Origin: Acidobacteriota bacterium
Lineage (GTDB): Bacteria; Acidobacteriota; UBA6911; RPQK01; JAJDTT01
Direction of reading: 5' to 3'
DNA: 64,000 nucleotides
Assembly (NCBI GenBank): GCA_965263035.1
Contig: OZ253580.1
Location: 5,184,001 to 5,248,000 of the forward strand
The position numbers and the translations under genes are program-made. The first letter of the stretch is position 1. Each line of letters opens with the position of its first letter. Below are positions 61,090 to 64,000 of this stretch, piece by piece. The notes under the pieces are model-generated. The model saw nothing but the letters and a program-made list of their open reading frames with translations, made no database searches and was not told the DNA's origin.

Positions 61090-61450
61090 TGCTCAGGTTT
61101 CGGCACTTTCGTATATAATCCCCTTAATAAGAGTCCATCGATCACTGTTCGAGCACCCATCAGAGCCAGCCGCCGTTGATCAGCTTGGAGAGCGCCGTAG
61201 ATTTCTCGCATTAGCTCTGCCGTTGCCTCCGGAATGTCTTCGAGCCAAGGTGGTTGCCGACGTGGTACACGAGTCGGATAGTACTCGACGTTTTCACAAT
61301 CTGGATCTTCCGAAAACCAAGACGTCCGTTTTACAGAGATCTCTTCGCAACCGCAGCACTCCAGCAAGGAATATGTATTTCTCCAGTGAATAGTAAAATC
61401 TTCCTCTATGGTTTGGGAGCCCTGCTGCTGTCGCACTGCGACCACATGAT

Positions 61451-63188
61451 CCCAGATTATTCATCACGCAAACATAAAATGAGCAAGCGTGCCCGTCATG
61501 TCGAGTCGGATCAGAGGGTTACCGGATACCCACATAAAACGGATGGGATCCGACCTGGGTGAAACGCTATCTTTGTTGTCAACGTCGGTTTAACCCCAGG
61601 ATTCAAGGGGGGCCGAAACCCAAGCATTTCCACGGTTTGCGTCCCCTCCAAGGGCGGCATAAAGAGACGGCGTGCCCGTCATTTGTGGTATGATTATAGT
61701 GCTAAGAAACAACCACAAAGAACGGAGCACGCCATGCCTGAGACGATACCGCAGATCCGGCCCTCATTCAACCGATCCCTCCGCCTCGAGACCCGCCCCG
61801 AGTTGCTCAGTGCGGACACGGGAGCCCTGGTGCAGCGGGAGCTGATGGATCGCAGCGGCCTCATCGACTGGTTGACCGGGCGGTTGCACGATCCGCGACA
61901 CCCGAGTTCGATCCGCTATCCGCTGTCGGATCTGCTGCGGACTCGACTCCTGCTGCTGGGTCAGGGCTGGCGCGACCAGTCCGACGCCGACCGCCTGCGT
62001 CAGGATCCGAGCTTGCGGGTGGCGAGCCGGACCCGTCGGGGCACGGCGGCCTTGGAGGAGGGCCAGGGGCTGGCGTCGCAGCCGACCTTGTCCCGACTGC
62101 TGGACACGCTCAGCCGGGAGGAGAACCTTCCGGTCCTGCACCAGGCGGTGACGGAGCTGGCGTGCCGTCGGATCGAGATGATCGAAGGCCAGCGGCGAAA
62201 ACGGGGGAAAAAGACCCCACGGAAGAAGAGACGGAAAAAGACGATGTACCTGGACGTGGACGGTCTCCCGGTCGAGGTCCATGGGCATCCCCCGGGAAGC
62301 GAATGGAACGGATACTATCGCCAGCGGATGTACCACGGGTTGGTGGCGAGTTGTGCCGAGACGGGGGACCTGATCGACGGGGAGATTTTTCCGGGAGCCA
62401 GCTACCTGGGGAAAAAGGCGCTGAAGTTGACGCTCCGGGTGGTGCTGGTGGTGCGGGAGCGACCGGGGGAGTTGTATCCGGATCATTTCTGGTTGCTGAC
62501 GAGCCTGAGCCGGAAACGATACGAGGCTCAGGAGTTGCTGGCACAGTATCGAAAGCGGGGGAAGGCGGAAGGCCACATGGGGGAGTTCATGGACGTGCTC
62601 GATCCGGCCTTGTCCTCCGCGAGCCGGCCCAAGACGCACTATCGGGGCCAACCGCTGAAGTCGGAAGCCAAGCCGGAAGCGAGGACGGAGGCCGGCGTTC
62701 GACCCCACAACGAAGTCCGGTTCCTGCTGAATCTGCTGGGGTACGAGATCCTGCACCTGGGTCGGGTGCTGATGGAGCAGGCGACGCGTCGGGGCTGGAG
62801 TCTGCGTCGTTTTCGCGAGCGGGTGTTGCGAGTGGCGAGTCGGGCGCTGCGTCAGGGGAGGCGATTGATTTTCGTCATCAGTCAAGGGGCGACGGACTGG
62901 AAGCGGTTGTGGCAGAGACTGGCGCGGGTGTCCTGGGCGCCGGGATAGTGGACGGAGGAGAAAACGGGCCCGTGGAAGGGACCGAAACGGTGGGGATTTC
63001 TCACCGGAAAGTCAACCTGTCGGCGGGTGACGGTCCCCCTGGCCGGTAAACGGTTAATGACTGGTTCAATCGTCCTGTTTTCGAGCCGATTCAGTCGAAT
63101 CGACAGAGCTTCAAGAGAAACCGGGCTCCGATCGCACGAAAACGCCGGGTTGGAAGCTCTTATCAACATGTTCCATGAATAATCTGGG
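61451..63188 (+). mobile_element. IS1380 family element (internally deleted)
   Basis: Inverted repeats CCCAGATTATTCAT and ATGAATAATCTGGG; ATGAT target duplication. Confidence 0.88.
61734..62948 (+). pseudogene. IS1380 transposase with an in-frame internal deletion
   Basis: LSADTGAL, ASQPTLSR, LDVD..P.EVHG and YRKRGKAE present, but the R.D.GF second-Asp region is absent; junction ~62440 (LRV|VLVV). Confidence 0.72.
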
Positions 63189-63556
63189 ATGATGCTTGGT
63201 CTCACATCCACACTGATTGCAGTGGGATCTGGCGATCTTTTCATCAGCCATAACAAAACTCCGATCTGTTCTATTGAAGGGTTCTGCCGGCCAGATTTCG
63301 GGTACCCATAACAGACTCGCACAATATACTTTATCGCATTCTAACCCGCGCTCCCGACTCCCCATATTCTGCGCCGGCCGAGGCCCTCAGTCCCCCCTCT
63401 TTTTTTCCAACCTGGGTGAGCCCATCCTGGTGAAAACATCACATTCACCAATGTCGGACCGATCCAAACCATGAGGAGGGACACGCCATGAAAAGGCTGC
63501 GGTGGTTGCCGTAGCCGTTCTTTCTGGGTGTCGATTCTTGTAGAAAAAGCCGATGG

Positions 63557-64000
63557 CTAGTCGGGGGGATCTGACCGGGCAAGTATCTTCTTGATCTCAG
63601 CTACAATATCTCTTGGATTTTTGCCGCTCCAGGCTTGTTCTACCAATGCTCGAAGGTCCCGAAAATCGTCCTGAGAGGGTGCCTGCGTCACAGGACCGTA
63701 GGTGAATTTGTATTGAATCGTGTCAATTCGAACGTTGTTGATTGAATGTATCTGTAACAGCTTATCTTGAATGGGACGACCAAAGATCGCGATGTTCGGA
63801 AAACGCTGGCGGGACGGGCGAACATTGGAGAAGTAGCTGGGGTACTTGATGCCGTCCAAGCCCCGCTCTTGGCAACGCACACCAAGTTTCCGCCCTGTTT
63901 GGCTGTGGGAGCCGAAGACAAGTTGCGAATTCGCAAAGTAGAAGATGTTTCCACCCTCGCCCGATTCCTGGAAGTCATATGGCACATTCGTTAGATCGAG
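63557..64000 (-). CDS. RES domain protein, C-terminal part (runs off window)
   Basis: GLDGIKYPSYFS...NIAIFG, typical of the RES C-terminal motif. Confidence 0.65.
   Translation of the reverse strand, partial: LDLTNVPYDFQESGEGGNIFYFANSQLVFGSHSQTGRKLGVRCQERGLDGIKYPSYFSNVRPSRQRFPNIAIFGRPIQDKLLQIHSINNVRIDTIQYKFTYGPVTQAPSQDDFRDLRALVEQAWSGKNPRDIVAEIKKILARSDPPD

Larger units (their letters stand above)
59361..61123 (+). mobile_element. IS1595 family element with passenger genes
   Basis: 26-bp perfect inverted repeats GGGGATTATATACGAAAGTGCCGAAA; 8-bp target duplication TTAATAAG. Confidence 0.92.
59120..63251 (-). pseudogene. DUF4145 (HEPN-like) zinc-ribbon protein split by IS1380 and IS1595
   Basis: MADEKIARSHCNQCGCETKH|HVVAVRQ...CCGC...GARTVIDGLLLR|QVGDSGTF...LNAGHAAAHR joins in frame after removing both IS. 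Confidence 0.8.

Overview
GC-rich bacterial chromosome window, most likely Acidobacteriota (inferred from an Oar-type TonB-dependent receptor and a Planctomycete-type DUF1501/PSD1 cluster). Left part (1-36.6 kb) is mostly core or metabolic. It begins with a degraded IS21 inserted in an RT-less group IIC-like intron. Then follow a reduced ebo cluster (eboA-eboB-[IS630]-eboF) co-oriented with a TonB receptor and a secreted beta-propeller hydrolase, an esterase, an Nramp-like transporter and a methyltransferase. Next is a DUF1501/DUF1549-1553/cytochrome c-WD40/PPC operon in which a 162-bp palindromic MITE-like element sits in frame inside the signal-peptide region of the PPC gene. The rest of this part holds an aminotransferase, a cyclophilin-like lipoprotein, SDR and FAH-family genes, an M32 carboxypeptidase, glcD, a namZ-like gene, a TPR protein, a PfkB kinase and mtnP. 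Right part (36.6-64 kb) is a decaying defence/mobile island. It carries integrase and portal remnants, a PLD-family nuclease, an HNH-like protein, a membrane protein ending in an SSB-like DDDIPF tail, and a type I R-M operon (hsdR-hsdS-prrC-like-hsdM) whose hsdR is split by an IS3. It also has a DUF4145-like gene split by two IS (a cargo-carrying IS1595 and an IS1380), another IS1380, an ISNCY/IS5-like pseudogene and a partial RES-domain gene. No rRNA, complete tRNA or CRISPR array was seen. All family calls come from motif recognition by eye, not from database searches.
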